64,000 nt of DNA from Thermodesulfobacteriota bacterium. GTDB lineage: Bacteria; Desulfobacterota; Binatia; Bin18. Below, piece by piece: positions 48,973 through 59,441 of this stretch. The notes beneath the pieces are model-generated. The model worked only from the letters and a program-made list of their open reading frames with translations, made no database searches and was not told the origin of the DNA. The stretch is from contig OZ219926.1 in assembly GCA_964291405.2 (NCBI GenBank), positions 4,544,001 to 4,608,000 of the forward strand, in the 5' to 3' direction. The translations under genes and the position numbers were made by a program. How positions within the stretch are numbered: position 1 is the first letter of the stretch; each line of letters starts with the position of its first letter.

Positions 48973-50058
48973 TTAATGGCCAACGGCTTCATCCCGTTCT
49001 CGCAACCAGGAGACGACCTGGGGCCAGAGTTTTTTCTGCGCACCCGAACTGACGGCGGCGCCGATATGACCAGTCGGGAACACGATCGTGCCGGCGTCCG
49101 GGCTGCCGACCAGGTCCTCCAACGGCAGGCTGGATTTGGGATGAACAACATCGTCGTGTTCACCGATCACGTTGAGGACAGGACAGGTGATGTCTTTGAG
49201 GTTGGCCCGGCGCGACCCGACCTGCATCCGGTTTTTCATAATCAGGTTGTGGCGTGAGATATCACCGGCCATCTCTTTAAAGATTTGACCGGCCATGGGC
49301 ACATCACTATTCATCCAGTGCTCGAAGAGCTCGAACATCTCCGCGTAGCCCTTCTGATCCTTGCTTCGATACAGGCCGACATATTTGTCCAGGGCGTGGT
49401 GGACTGGCGCCATGGCGTCGAAGTTGGCCTTCATAAACCACGCCGGACAGTTGCCGTACACACTGGTGACGAGGTCTATGGTCTGCGGTGAGATTTTGCT
49501 CATCAACTGCTGGCTGGGGAGATCCTGCACGCTCATGTCGAGGGGCAGGGTAAAATCGATCAGGTTTTTGATCTGCTGCGGAAAGAGGGCCGTATACAGC
49601 GTGGTCAGCAGCCCGCCAAAGCAATAGCCGAGGAGCGAGACCTGGTCGCTGCCGTCCCGTTCTTGGATCGCGCGCACCGCGTTGCCGAGGTCGCCATTCA
49701 CATAGGCGTCAAAGCCGCGCCAACTATCCGCCCGCGTCGGCGGAATCCAGTCGATGAAATACACGTCTACGCCGTGTTTGGTCAACGTTTCGACCACGCT
49801 CCGACCCGGCAACAGATCGAGGATGAACGGGCGTTTTATCAGGGAATAGACCAGCAGTAACGGCGTGCGCAGCCGTTGCCCTTGGGCCGGATAGTGTCGC
49901 AGGCGTACCTTGCCACCCTCGTAGACCACCGTATAGGGCGTGGTCGGCGGTGGATCTTCATCAACGGGATACTCATCCATGAAACCGCGCCGCCAGCCTT
50001 CGAGGGACCGGACCGCCCCTTCCATCCAATATTGTGAGACCTCAGTAAATACTGACAT
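48973..50058 (-). CDS. Class III-type PHA synthase (PhaC-like)
   Basis: PLLLVYSLIKRPFILDL, GYCFGG (catalytic Cys), DDVV, GHIG. Confidence 0.8.
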   Translation of the reverse strand: MSVFTEVSQYWMEGAVRSLEGWRRGFMDEYPVDEDPPPTTPYTVVYEGGKVRLRHYPAQGQRLRTPLLLVYSLIKRPFILDLLPGRSVVETLTKHGVDVYFIDWIPPTRADSWRGFDAYVNGDLGNAVRAIQERDGSDQVSLLGYCFGGLLTTLYTALFPQQIKNLIDFTLPLDMSVQDLPSQQLMSKISPQTIDLVTSVYGNCPAWFMKANFDAMAPVHHALDKYVGLYRSKDQKGYAEMFELFEHWMNSDVPMAGQIFKEMAGDISRHNLIMKNRMQVGSRRANLKDITCPVLNVIGEHDDVVHPKSSLPLEDLVGSPDAGTIVFPTGHIGAAVSSGAQKKLWPQVVSWLRERDEAVGH

Positions 50059-50444
50059 GACGACCTCCTCAGACCGAGAGTATGACTGTGCTTATTTCAA
50101 CTTTCCCCACGATACGCTGTCCGATGAAGGGTGCAAAGAAAACACCTGTCACCTATGTGACGGAAGCCTGTCTTTCTTGTGGACTATGTCGAATTTCTGT
50201 CACCTGGGTAACAGTTTCTGGCTCAACACCTGCCTTCTTAATGAGAGAGTGAGCAAGATGTGGGCCGAAACTCAGAAATGTCTGAACGGACCGAAAAGAC
50301 TGGATTTTTAGTCTCAGAGTCGGGAACAGGCAGCGCGGCTGCATAAAAACTCAGCACTGCCTGCTGATCTGGAAACGTGTTGCCCAGAAGGAGCCCAGTG
50401 ACATCACACTGGGCTGTCCCTGTTTTGAAGGCCTGACGGTCTTA

Positions 50445-50924
50445 TTATGGAGCGAACTTATACGACTCCAGGGGAGAGTAGTCCATGCCGAGGATGACCC
50501 ATTTCCCGTCGAGCTTGGTATAGGTGAAGATATAGCGACCGTGCGCATAGGTCATCTTGCCGCCTTGGGGTGTCGCGGCGAGCTGGTAGTGGCCCCAAGC
50601 CAGGGCGGTGGTCCCGACAATGCGGAACTGTGGTGTGACCGGGGAGAGTTCGGCTTCTTCATACTGGCCAAAATATGCCTGAACGGCTTTTTGAAAATCA
50701 GCCCTGCCCTGGACCGGAAACGGAGAGAAAATACCGTACAGAACAACATCATCGTGGACAGTCGCGACCGCGGCGTCCAGCTCTCGATTGTTGAGCGCGT
50801 CAATTTGCGTAGTGAAAGCCGATTTGAGCGCGTCCATGTCCTCATCAGCCTTCACGCTCGAAGAAAAGCAGAGGATGGTCAGGAGTAGTGAAAAAAGGCC
50901 GGCCCGTGCACAATACTTCAACAT
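50445..50924 (-). CDS. Exported NTF2/SnoaL-like protein
   Basis: Signal peptide; GRYIFTYTKLDGKWVI C-terminus. Confidence 0.75.
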   Translation of the reverse strand: MLKYCARAGLFSLLLTILCFSSSVKADEDMDALKSAFTTQIDALNNRELDAAVATVHDDVVLYGIFSPFPVQGRADFQKAVQAYFGQYEEAELSPVTPQFRIVGTTALAWGHYQLAATPQGGKMTYAHGRYIFTYTKLDGKWVILGMDYSPLESYKFAP

Positions 50925-51031
50925 TCGCTCTATCCCTCCACACACGATGATACCGCTGCAATATCACTTTGTCTCATGACAAAAAAGGTCGGGCGCGTCT
51001 TACCCAGTTCTCAACCCCCAACTCCTACCCC

Positions 51032-52468
51032 CTAGCTTCCTTCCTTTGCCTGTGTTGCGGCCAGCAATTCATCAAAAGAGTCCCGCAGACAGGCAGCGTA
51101 TGACCACGGATCGGAGACGAGACTGGGGTCAACCGTTCCGCCGATAACGAGAGTCTGGTGATAGCTGACAATGGCATTGAAGAGTCCGATGCCGGCCGAC
51201 AACAGGCCAATCGGCCGGAGGGCGAGCAGTTCGTGTCCCGCCAGGTAGAGTGGGGTTTGCGGCCCTGGAACGTTGGTTGTTACTGTATTTAACATCAGAT
51301 TTGCTGCTGGCAGTTGTCCGGCGATGATTTGCCACACCGGCGGGATCCAACCAAAACGATTCAGGAGATCATACAGGAAACCGGCCTGGTTCTGTTTTTT
51401 GATCTGATCGACAGCCGCCCGCTGCGCGGCGTAGCGTTTGAGCGGGTCCTGCTCATCAATGAAGAGTGGGGCGAGCAGCATGGAAACCCGATTGCCCAAG
51501 CTGCCCTGTTCATCTTCCTGCCGCATGTTGACCGGACACATGGTCCGCAGCGCTCTCTTGGCCGTAGAGTACTGCTGGGCACGCAGATACTTTCCCAGTC
51601 CACCGGCGATGATGGTCAGGACGACGTCATTGACGGTGCCCCCCAAGCTAGCCCGGACCGAACGGATATCGGTGAAAGGAAAATCGACCCAGACAAACTG
51701 TCGTGACGATGACAATGCCTTATTGAAAGGCGTTGTCGGGAGCGGCTGGGACAGGCTGGGCAGCGTTTGCATGAAGGAGAGCAGGGCCTGTGAGGACCCC
51801 TGAAGAGTCTGCGCCGCCTGTGACGGCCGGAGCCATTGGACGCTATCGGTCCAGCTTCGGATAGTCTCAGTCAGCCGGTCGTTGAGGGCATCCCGCAATT
51901 GGCTGGTCATATCCGGCAGGGGCTGTGGCTGCCACGGCTGGGGCGGAGACGAGGGTGCAGAGGATTGTGGTGAGCTGTCATGCGTGATCGTCATCAGGTC
52001 AACTCCAGACACGCCATCGACCATGGCATGGTGGACTTTCCAGATAATGGGCGTCGTCCCATCCGCCCGGCCACGCAGGATGATCATCTTCCACAGGGGA
52101 TGGGCGCGGTCGAGTGGCGGCGCGTATATCGTGCCCCCAAATTCAGACAACACCCGGTCGTCTCCGGGCGCGGGCAGGTCCACCTCCTCGATGTGCCGCT
52201 CGATGTTAAACGTAGGGTCATCCTGCCAGGTGGGGTGCGCAATCCGCAAAGGCGGAAACATGACTTTCTGGCGATAGCGCGGCAGGAGGTGGAGTCGTTC
52301 CTGGAGGACCTGGACCAACTCGGCTCTGGAAATATGGCCGTCGTAGATGAAGCATGAGCCCACGTGCAGGGGTTCGTTGGACTTTTCAAAATACAAAAAG
52401 GCCGCATCTGCCGCGCTTAAACGCTGGCTGCGGGGCTGCTGGGTTGGTGCTGCTGCGGGGCTGCTCAT
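51032..52468 (-). CDS. Wax ester synthase / diacylglycerol acyltransferase
   Basis: DAAFLYFE, HHAMVDGVSG, GTVNDV, TNVPGP. Confidence 0.93.
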   Translation of the reverse strand: MSSPAAAPTQQPRSQRLSAADAAFLYFEKSNEPLHVGSCFIYDGHISRAELVQVLQERLHLLPRYRQKVMFPPLRIAHPTWQDDPTFNIERHIEEVDLPAPGDDRVLSEFGGTIYAPPLDRAHPLWKMIILRGRADGTTPIIWKVHHAMVDGVSGVDLMTITHDSSPQSSAPSSPPQPWQPQPLPDMTSQLRDALNDRLTETIRSWTDSVQWLRPSQAAQTLQGSSQALLSFMQTLPSLSQPLPTTPFNKALSSSRQFVWVDFPFTDIRSVRASLGGTVNDVVLTIIAGGLGKYLRAQQYSTAKRALRTMCPVNMRQEDEQGSLGNRVSMLLAPLFIDEQDPLKRYAAQRAAVDQIKKQNQAGFLYDLLNRFGWIPPVWQIIAGQLPAANLMLNTVTTNVPGPQTPLYLAGHELLALRPIGLLSAGIGLFNAIVSYHQTLVIGGTVDPSLVSDPWSYAACLRDSFDELLAATQAKEGS

Positions 52469-52492
52469 TGTCTTCTCCTCATTGCCCTGAGA

Positions 52493-55252
52493 TCAGCGGC
52501 CAAACAGGGCGTCGAGCCCCTTTTGGAGCAATTGTTCTTCCAGGCCGGGTGCCTTGTCTGGCTGTTCGGATGTCGTGCGGTCGGAGCTGTCTGCTTGCTG
52601 CGCGGTACGATCCTGCTGCTTTTTCTTTGCAGGGCGTAGCGTATCCAGAATTTTTTCCTGGACCACATCTTGTAGGGCTCTGGTCGCCGCGCGTTGGATA
52701 AGGGTGCCGATCTGCCGCGCGTCCAAGGTCGGGCGAACGGCGGGAAAAACACCGGCCAGAGCAAATGGAATTTCCACGCGGTCCTCAGCGTCCGCAATGT
52801 ATCGCAGTTCCTTGGTCACTCGCATGAGGTCAGATGAGAGGGCTTGAGAAAGGGTCAGGGAAGCGGTCGCATCGACCTGTTGTTCAAAATCCATCCAGCC
52901 TTCTGCCCGTGTTCGAAAGTCACGCGCGGCAATACGGAGACGGTCGAGCTTGATTTTTCCATTACCGAGCGAGAACTGACCGACAAACTCATCAAACTCG
53001 GTATGAGGGGAGGCGAAGATTTTCGGATATTTCTCCCGGAGTTGTTGTGGCAGGACGAGCGATAAGCCCGGAACGCCGGTCAGGCCGGACAGGACGCCTT
53101 CGGCCAGATTGAACTCTCGTAGCGCCCCGTCCGTAATTTCAGCTTTTCCCTGTCCGTGCAGAGCCGGCTTGAGGGCATCCCAGGTGTGGCCGCTCCCCGA
53201 GATCGTGAAGTCGAGCGCAGCCGTTCCCTGGACCGGCGGGTCTGTCTGAGAAAGTGCCGAGCGAAAGAATTCCGTGAGATTGACGGCATCTACCTGAGCA
53301 GTAATGGCCATGCGCGGCAACTCCGCTCCAAAGTCATACTGCCCGTTGCCATCAAGCGTGCCCTCAAAGGCGTGCAACTTGAAACTGTCGATCTTGGCGA
53401 CTTGGTCGGCGACCGAGGAATCAAGCTGTAGGTCGGTATAGTGCACCTGGGCAACGCGGCCCTGTTTTGAGGACAGTTGACCTGCATGGCGGAGGTCGTC
53501 GCCTTGTAGCCAGACCCGGCCTGTGGCGGACACCGATTCGAGCAGGTCCTCTGAGGCTTGGGGTTGAAGGTCTGCCAGTCTCAGTACTGGTGCGTGCAAC
53601 TCATAGGCGGCTTTCAGTGGTTGAAACTGTTCAACCTGAGCCTCAAGCTGAAGTGCCGATTCTCCAATGCGGGCCGTCGTCTTGGTCAGCTCAGCCCCCC
53701 GACCCGTCAAGGTGATTGCTGCCTGAATATCCGTCAGCGGCTTTGCCAACTGTTCTGGAGTGGCGCTTCCATCTTGGAGGCTCAACGTTCCTGTGAGTTT
53801 GGGGAATTGTTCCGTTGTCAGCGGCCCGGCGACCTGCAAATGCGTCTCGAAGGTGCCTGCCGCGCCATAGTCCCGGAGGAGGGGCAGAAGGTCATGCAGC
53901 TCTGCCAGTTCGACCTGATTCGAGTCCACAGCCAGGTCAAGGGTAGGGGCGTCGAAGCCAACATTTCCGCTAACCGTCAGGGTCAGCGTATGTAGATTGA
54001 GCCTGAGTTCCTGGAAGGCGGCGGTCTGTGGTGTCAGTCGCGTCTGGGTCGAGAGAGTGAAGACGCTCCCGGGCGGCTTGTTGAAGAATTCGCCAAAGCG
54101 GAGTGCGCTGTCAGTTGCCTCGACCTGACCAGTCAGCGCCAGATTGGTGGGCATGCCGCTCGCCTGGACCGTTACGGAAACAGGGCCCTCAACGCTGAGG
54201 TCTGGGGGCAGGTATTCGCTTACAGGACCAAACTGTCGGACGCGCTCAAGGGCGAGCGGTCCCAGCGTCACGGTGGCGTCTAGGGTGCTCTCGGCGAGCG
54301 GGTCCGAGACCTCTGCACCAATCGGACCGAAACTGCCTGTGACCTGGAGATTAGGATCGCCGGAATCGAAGATTGCCGCCCGCAGGTCCATATTGGAGAG
54401 GTACAGGGCACCGACACGACCGGACACATCGGTTTTCAGACTGAGCGGGCCGGAAATACCCAGCCCTGATGGGATGTGTTGAGCAATATCCGGCAGGGCC
54501 TGTTGCAGGGTGTTCACGTCGAGTTGACTGATCGTTACGCCACCTTCAAGCGGAATGGTATGGGGATGCTCCAACTCTTGGCCGACCGGCCCGGCCTGCA
54601 CGTCTAGGCTGATATTCTGCTGGTCTGAGAGGACGGCCGCGTCAAGTTCGAGACGAACCGGTTCGTCAAGACTCACATCGTGCGCCCGCAGGTCGAGCTG
54701 GGTCACCCGAAAATCCGTCCCGGCCTGTTGGTCCATATAGCGGACATCTCCATTTTGGATATCGAGGAAGGCGACTAGGAGTAGCAGGGGAGGGGCGGCT
54801 GTTTCGTCACTCCCCTGCAACGTTTCTTGCGGCGTTTCTTGCGGTGTGCTCGCCGTTGCGGTCTGGCTCAGACTGGTGAAGTTGAACTGTCCCTGTTCAT
54901 CGCGAATGAGCTGAATCTGCGGGCTGTGGAGGATCAGACGGCTGACCTGGATTTCCTGAGATAAGAGCGGCCACAGCGCGACATTTACCTGAAGGTCGTC
55001 GGCCCGGACAAAGGCGTCAGCCGAAAAGGTCGGATCGTCGGCAATGCGGAACTGGGTCAGGCGCGCGCCTATCCCGCCCCACACGGTCACACCGATTTCC
55101 TGGACCTCAACCTCTCGACCGAGCGTCTGCTCGACTTGGTGCAGAATCCGGTTTTTATTGCTGGCAATCAGGTTGTTGAGGTTGATGAGGGCAAAGGCGA
55201 GCAGGCCGACTGCAATAAGAAGAACTGCGCCAATAATCAACAGCGTGCGCAT
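52493..55252 (-). CDS. AsmA-family protein
   Basis: N-terminal TM, LGREVEV, IQLIRDEQGQFNF, beta-rich body. Confidence 0.85.
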   Translation of the reverse strand: MRTLLIIGAVLLIAVGLLAFALINLNNLIASNKNRILHQVEQTLGREVEVQEIGVTVWGGIGARLTQFRIADDPTFSADAFVRADDLQVNVALWPLLSQEIQVSRLILHSPQIQLIRDEQGQFNFTSLSQTATASTPQETPQETLQGSDETAAPPLLLLVAFLDIQNGDVRYMDQQAGTDFRVTQLDLRAHDVSLDEPVRLELDAAVLSDQQNISLDVQAGPVGQELEHPHTIPLEGGVTISQLDVNTLQQALPDIAQHIPSGLGISGPLSLKTDVSGRVGALYLSNMDLRAAIFDSGDPNLQVTGSFGPIGAEVSDPLAESTLDATVTLGPLALERVRQFGPVSEYLPPDLSVEGPVSVTVQASGMPTNLALTGQVEATDSALRFGEFFNKPPGSVFTLSTQTRLTPQTAAFQELRLNLHTLTLTVSGNVGFDAPTLDLAVDSNQVELAELHDLLPLLRDYGAAGTFETHLQVAGPLTTEQFPKLTGTLSLQDGSATPEQLAKPLTDIQAAITLTGRGAELTKTTARIGESALQLEAQVEQFQPLKAAYELHAPVLRLADLQPQASEDLLESVSATGRVWLQGDDLRHAGQLSSKQGRVAQVHYTDLQLDSSVADQVAKIDSFKLHAFEGTLDGNGQYDFGAELPRMAITAQVDAVNLTEFFRSALSQTDPPVQGTAALDFTISGSGHTWDALKPALHGQGKAEITDGALREFNLAEGVLSGLTGVPGLSLVLPQQLREKYPKIFASPHTEFDEFVGQFSLGNGKIKLDRLRIAARDFRTRAEGWMDFEQQVDATASLTLSQALSSDLMRVTKELRYIADAEDRVEIPFALAGVFPAVRPTLDARQIGTLIQRAATRALQDVVQEKILDTLRPAKKKQQDRTAQQADSSDRTTSEQPDKAPGLEEQLLQKGLDALFGR

Positions 55253-55274
55253 TGCACTATACTCCTCATCAAAC

Positions 55275-55988
55275 CTATACGATGTCCAGAAGTTCGGGAA
55301 CGCGGCGGATCACATGCCGGGGAGGAGCCGGACTGTCCGGTGGGTCAGTATCCGGCCGCGACCAGATCAGAACCGAACGCATCCCCGCCTTATTGGCGCC
55401 AGCAATATCCTGCTGGAGGGAATCCCCGACAAAATATGCCTGATCCGGCGCACAGCCGGCTTGGGCAAGGGCGTGTGAAAAAATGGCCGGGTCCGGCTTA
55501 CAGGATTGGGCGTCTTCACTGCTGAGGAAGGAATCAAAGCAGGGGCCGAGTTGGGAGAGTTGCAGCAGGTGCGAAAACTGGTCGTTGTCGGCATTGCTGA
55601 CAATGCCAAGATGGAGGCTCCGCCGGCGTAACGCGGCCAAGGTCTCAGTGACCCCGTCCCGCAGTTGAAAGTCCTGCTCCCGGCGTTGGTGTTGAGCGAC
55701 CCGGTAGCGGGTGAGCTGTTCTTGGGTGAAGGTTGTCCCAAACTGGGCTGCGGTGGCCTGCAAGGCGTCCTGGAACATATCGCGGTGAAGATAATAGGGG
55801 CGGGGCAGGTATTGGTAAAACACATTTTTCAGAGCGGCCCGGTAGGCTCGTCGAATGTCCTGTGAGGCTGCCGTAATTCCCGCCGCCTGGGCCAGCTCGA
55901 TTAAGCAGGCGCGTTCTCCCGGTGCGGTTGTTTCATAGTCAAACAGGGTCCCGCCAAAATCAAAGAAAACTGCTCGTGTGTCTGCCAT
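55275..55988 (-). CDS. HAD-superfamily hydrolase
   Basis: FFDFGGTL, VSNAD, KPDPAIF, VGDS...DI. Confidence 0.9.
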   Translation of the reverse strand: MADTRAVFFDFGGTLFDYETTAPGERACLIELAQAAGITAASQDIRRAYRAALKNVFYQYLPRPYYLHRDMFQDALQATAAQFGTTFTQEQLTRYRVAQHQRREQDFQLRDGVTETLAALRRRSLHLGIVSNADNDQFSHLLQLSQLGPCFDSFLSSEDAQSCKPDPAIFSHALAQAGCAPDQAYFVGDSLQQDIAGANKAGMRSVLIWSRPDTDPPDSPAPPRHVIRRVPELLDIV

Positions 55989-56114
55989 ACCGTGCCCTGA
56001 TGCTCTTCACTTCTGCGCCAGGAGAGTAGAGAGGCCACGGAGGCGTGTCAAGCAAAGCCGCGGGAGACGACAGGATTGGGGGCCACAGCGCGTTCTGCCC
56101 TTGCAGGACGATTG

Positions 56115-56146
56115 ATTGAGTAATACTCTTACTAGTAATACTCAAT
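56115..56146 (+). promoter_or_regulatory. Putative AbrB antitoxin operator
   Basis: ATTGAGTA...TACTCAAT inverted ends with two AGTAATACTC copies upstream of the TA pair. Confidence 0.55.
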
Positions 56147-56165
56147 GGCCGGTGGGGGGGATAGT

Positions 56166-56393
56166 ATGAAAGTTACGGTGAAGGGTCAGGTGACCATTCC
56201 GATACAGATTCGGGAAAAACTCGGCATTACGCCTAACAGCGAGGTGGACTTTGTTGAGGAAGACGGGCGGGTATACATCAAAAGAAAACTCTCACCCATT
56301 CCACCCATCAGTCGTTTTCATCGGTTCCGTGGGGCAGCAACCGTCAAAATGACAACGGACGAAATTCTCGCGTTGACCAGAGGCGAGGAATGA
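56166..56393 (+). CDS. AbrB/MazE-family antitoxin
   Basis: MKVTVKGQVTIP..IREKLGI. Confidence 0.9.
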   Translation: MKVTVKGQVTIPIQIREKLGITPNSEVDFVEEDGRVYIKRKLSPIPPISRFHRFRGAATVKMTTDEILALTRGEE

Positions 56394-56809
56394 CCCCCTT
56401 TCTCGTGGACTCCAATATTCTCCTGGATATTTTTGAGGACGACGCGCACTGGGCGGACTGGTCGGAAACAACCTTGCATCAGTATGCAACGTCACACACC
56501 CCGGCGATAAATCCGATCATCTACGCCGAGGTATCCGTCGGTTTCGCCCGCATTGAGGAACTGGAATCGGTCTTGTCTGGCTGCGAAATCCATGTGATTG
56601 CCATACCCAAAGAAGCCCTCTTTCTGGCCGGGAAAGCGTTTCTCGCTTACAAGAAGAGAGGCGGGGCAAAAAGCTCGGTCCTATCCGACTTTTTCATTGG
56701 TGCGCATGCCGCGGTGAGTGGATTATCGTTGATGACGCGGGATGCGTCCCGATATCAGTCCTATTTCCCCAGTGTGCAACTGATCACCCCCACGGCTCGT
56801 TCGAGCTGA
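56390..56809 (+). CDS. vapC: PIN-domain toxin
   Basis: LVDSNILLD, IYAEVS, DFFIGAHA, TRD. Confidence 0.92.
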   Translation: MTPFLVDSNILLDIFEDDAHWADWSETTLHQYATSHTPAINPIIYAEVSVGFARIEELESVLSGCEIHVIAIPKEALFLAGKAFLAYKKRGGAKSSVLSDFFIGAHAAVSGLSLMTRDASRYQSYFPSVQLITPTARSS

Positions 56810-56860
56810 CAGAAGGCCGGCGAAGGCACTATCGAGCAGGACGAAGATATATGCAGGCTC

Positions 56861-57859
56861 CTATATCCGCAGGACCGCCGCTCCGTTGAGCTGTCCGTTT
56901 TTCATGCGCCTTAATGCGCTGTTCGCCTGTGCCAGTGGGTATTCTTCGGTCTCGGTATGGAGCGGGATGCTGTGGGCCAGGTGGAGCAGGTTCTGCCCGT
57001 CCTGGCGGGTGTTGGCCGTGATGCTGCAAATGGTGCGCTCATAGAAGAGGGTATCGGCATAATCGAGCGGCGGAATCTGGGTCATATGGACGCCGGCCAA
57101 GGCCAGGGTTCCGCCCCGGTCCAGCGCTGCCAGGGCAGGGGGGACCAGGCTGCCGGCTGGGGCAAAGATAATCGCGGCATGAAGCTTCTCCGGCATAGGA
57201 TCGGTGATCTCCCCAACCCAGGTGGCGCCTAAGCGGATGGCGAGGTCGCGGTGTGTCTGACCGCGCGTCACCACATAGACCTCGCAATCCCAATGGCGGG
57301 CAATCTGGATGACAATATGGGCGGACCCCCCAAAGCCGTACAAACCCAGGCGCTGTTTGGGTTGGACACCACACCGCTGCAAGGCGCGGTAGCCGATAAT
57401 TCCCGCACACAGAAACGGGGCCGCCTCCACGGAGGAGAGCGCAGCGGGCAGAGGGTAGACAAATGCCTCAGGGGCGACAACATATTCGGCATAGCCGCCA
57501 TGTTTGGTATAGCCGGTAAATTGCGGCTGTTGGCATAGATTTTCATCTCCGCGCCGGCAGTAGGCACACTGCGTACAGGCGGCGTAGAGCCAGGCTACGC
57601 CGACCCGGTCGCCTTCCCTGAGATGCCGTACGCCAGCTCCGCGGCGGATCACGCTGCCGATGATTTCATGGCCGGGGATGAGGGGACTGCGCTGGGCCGG
57701 CAGGTCGCCTTCGGCAACATGCAGGTCGGTCCGACACACCCCGCATACCTCAACACGGATAAGGACTTCGCCCTGGGCCGGCCGGGGAGTCGGCAGGTCC
57801 AGCGAGTGGAGCGGGTGGGTCTCGATCGGTCCGGGAGCAACAACGGCCATGGCGTGCAT
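56861..57859 (-). CDS. Zinc-binding alcohol dehydrogenase family protein
   Basis: CGVCRTD, PGHE, CxxCxxC...C, YGFGGSA. Confidence 0.92.
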   Translation of the reverse strand: MHAMAVVAPGPIETHPLHSLDLPTPRPAQGEVLIRVEVCGVCRTDLHVAEGDLPAQRSPLIPGHEIIGSVIRRGAGVRHLREGDRVGVAWLYAACTQCAYCRRGDENLCQQPQFTGYTKHGGYAEYVVAPEAFVYPLPAALSSVEAAPFLCAGIIGYRALQRCGVQPKQRLGLYGFGGSAHIVIQIARHWDCEVYVVTRGQTHRDLAIRLGATWVGEITDPMPEKLHAAIIFAPAGSLVPPALAALDRGGTLALAGVHMTQIPPLDYADTLFYERTICSITANTRQDGQNLLHLAHSIPLHTETEEYPLAQANSALRRMKNGQLNGAAVLRI

Positions 57860-57869
57860 CGGGTTCCCC

Positions 57870-57897
57870 GTAGGGGCAATTCATGAATTGCCCCTAT
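57870..57897. repeat. GTAG-type REP-like palindrome
   Basis: TAGGGGCAATTCATGAATTGCCCCTA perfect 26-bp palindrome, intergenic. Confidence 0.85.
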
Positions 57898-57952
57898 CCA
57901 GTCGATGGGGTCAATACCACGAAGGGCTGTGCGGGGCCACTGCGAATCGTCC

Positions 57953-59254
57953 CTATGCGGTCGGAGTCAGCCGAAAATACCGAAAACCACCACCGCCTTT
58001 CCAGTTGAGATGTTTACTGACGCCGGTCTGATCCGTTCCATCGATAACGGCTCGGAGGCGGGGCAGGATATGCGTATTGCACTGGGGGCCATTTTCAATC
58101 AGAAGCCACTGGCGGCCCATCTTGTGGGCCACCGCGCCGGTGGTCCCGGACCCGGCGTAGGCATCCAAAACCCAGTCGCCGGGCTGAGTAGTCATGCCGA
58201 TAATCCGTTTGAGCAGCGCTTCCGGTTTCTTGCCCTTGATAAAGGTCACGCCTCCTTCCTCCCCCAGGCTGGTGGTTTTGATATCAGCCCAGAAGTCGCC
58301 TGGATGAAGAGTGAGATAGTCATCGGCAAATAATAGTCGCATGCGGGGCTGGGCGCTGTGCATATTGTAGTGGGCCGTAACGATATAGAGCCGGCGTTGG
58401 ACGGTTTCGACGCTGAACGCTCCCGTTTGCGGGGGAAGGGTCGCCCGTTTCTGGTCCGCGCGCTGTTTTGCCGTGGCACTGGTCGAGCAGGTTCGGACGA
58501 TGCGCCAGGCATTCTCAGCCAGCCATTCCGGCGTTGGATGGGAGCGGCCCTCACGCTGACAGACAGTGGTCACGGGTTCCAGGGAGAAGGGCCGACAGAT
58601 CATATCGGCCCGCTGAATATCGTCTGCGGTCCGGTCCGGATTGGCCAGAATCGCTTTGAGCCTGCGGATGGCCTGCCGAGAAGCCTGGCAGACGGCCCAG
58701 CGATACTCAGGGTCCCAGGTAGCTTTGGCGATGCGTTCGGGATGCAGATTGCGAATGCCTGACTTGCCGACCAGGATGATGTACTCCTTGAGCCGCGGCA
58801 AATTGCCCTGCGTAATGACGTGTACCATCTTAAAGCCGGTTGGCTCGGCCATTTTGACACAGATCGTCTTCAGGTTCTGCTCGCCCATCATATCGGCCAG
58901 CAGGAGATAGAGGCGAGCAAATTCATTGTCATCGATCTGGATGGCGAGAAATCCATCCTCGCGCAGCAAGGCCCACAGAAGTTCGAGACGGGGCCTGAGC
59001 GCTTCGAGCCATTGGTAGTGGTCGCTCCCATCCGGGTAGAGCGGGATAGCATTGCCGGTGTTGTAGGGCGGATCGAGATATACGCATTGGATGCTGTTGG
59101 CATACTCTTTCGACAATGCCTTCAGTACGGGCAAGTTATCGCCAAAAATAATCCGATTACCGAAAAAGGTAGGCCCAAGCGGCAAGGTGGGCGCAGTCCA
59201 GGCCAGGGAGATGTCTTCAACCAGGCGAAACGTGCTGTCAATGGATGTGGCCAT
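57953..59254 (-). CDS. Orphan beta-class DNA methyltransferase (Type III Mod-like)
   Basis: GDNL, YLDPPYNTG, IDDNE, KKPEALL, DAYAGSGTTGAVAHKMGR; start uncertain. Confidence 0.85.
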   Translation of the reverse strand: MATSIDSTFRLVEDISLAWTAPTLPLGPTFFGNRIIFGDNLPVLKALSKEYANSIQCVYLDPPYNTGNAIPLYPDGSDHYQWLEALRPRLELLWALLREDGFLAIQIDDNEFARLYLLLADMMGEQNLKTICVKMAEPTGFKMVHVITQGNLPRLKEYIILVGKSGIRNLHPERIAKATWDPEYRWAVCQASRQAIRRLKAILANPDRTADDIQRADMICRPFSLEPVTTVCQREGRSHPTPEWLAENAWRIVRTCSTSATAKQRADQKRATLPPQTGAFSVETVQRRLYIVTAHYNMHSAQPRMRLLFADDYLTLHPGDFWADIKTTSLGEEGGVTFIKGKKPEALLKRIIGMTTQPGDWVLDAYAGSGTTGAVAHKMGRQWLLIENGPQCNTHILPRLRAVIDGTDQTGVSKHLNWKGGGGFRYFRLTPTA

Positions 59255-59352
59255 AGGCGCTATGCGTGCTCTCCAGTCCATACCGCTTTGTGTAGGCAGT
59301 AGACAACCGGCGCCGAACAACGAGGACGGGAGGGCAACCGAAAGGAGGTCTT

Positions 59353-59423
59353 TTGGGTCTGTTGAGTCATTGGGTCTGTTGAGTCTTGACCCCAAGGACC
59401 CTAAATCAACGGACTCAACGAAC
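59353..59423. repeat. Short-period tandem repeat with imperfect inverted copy
   Basis: TTGGGTCTGTTGAGTC twice, then GACCCCAAGGACCC...GGACTCAACG. Confidence 0.55.
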
Positions 59424-59441
59424 ACATGCAGTGGGAGGAGT

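Noticed and set aside
59353-59423. Possible CRISPR array
   Set aside because: Repeats are short, adjacent and lack unique spacers; no cas genes in the window.
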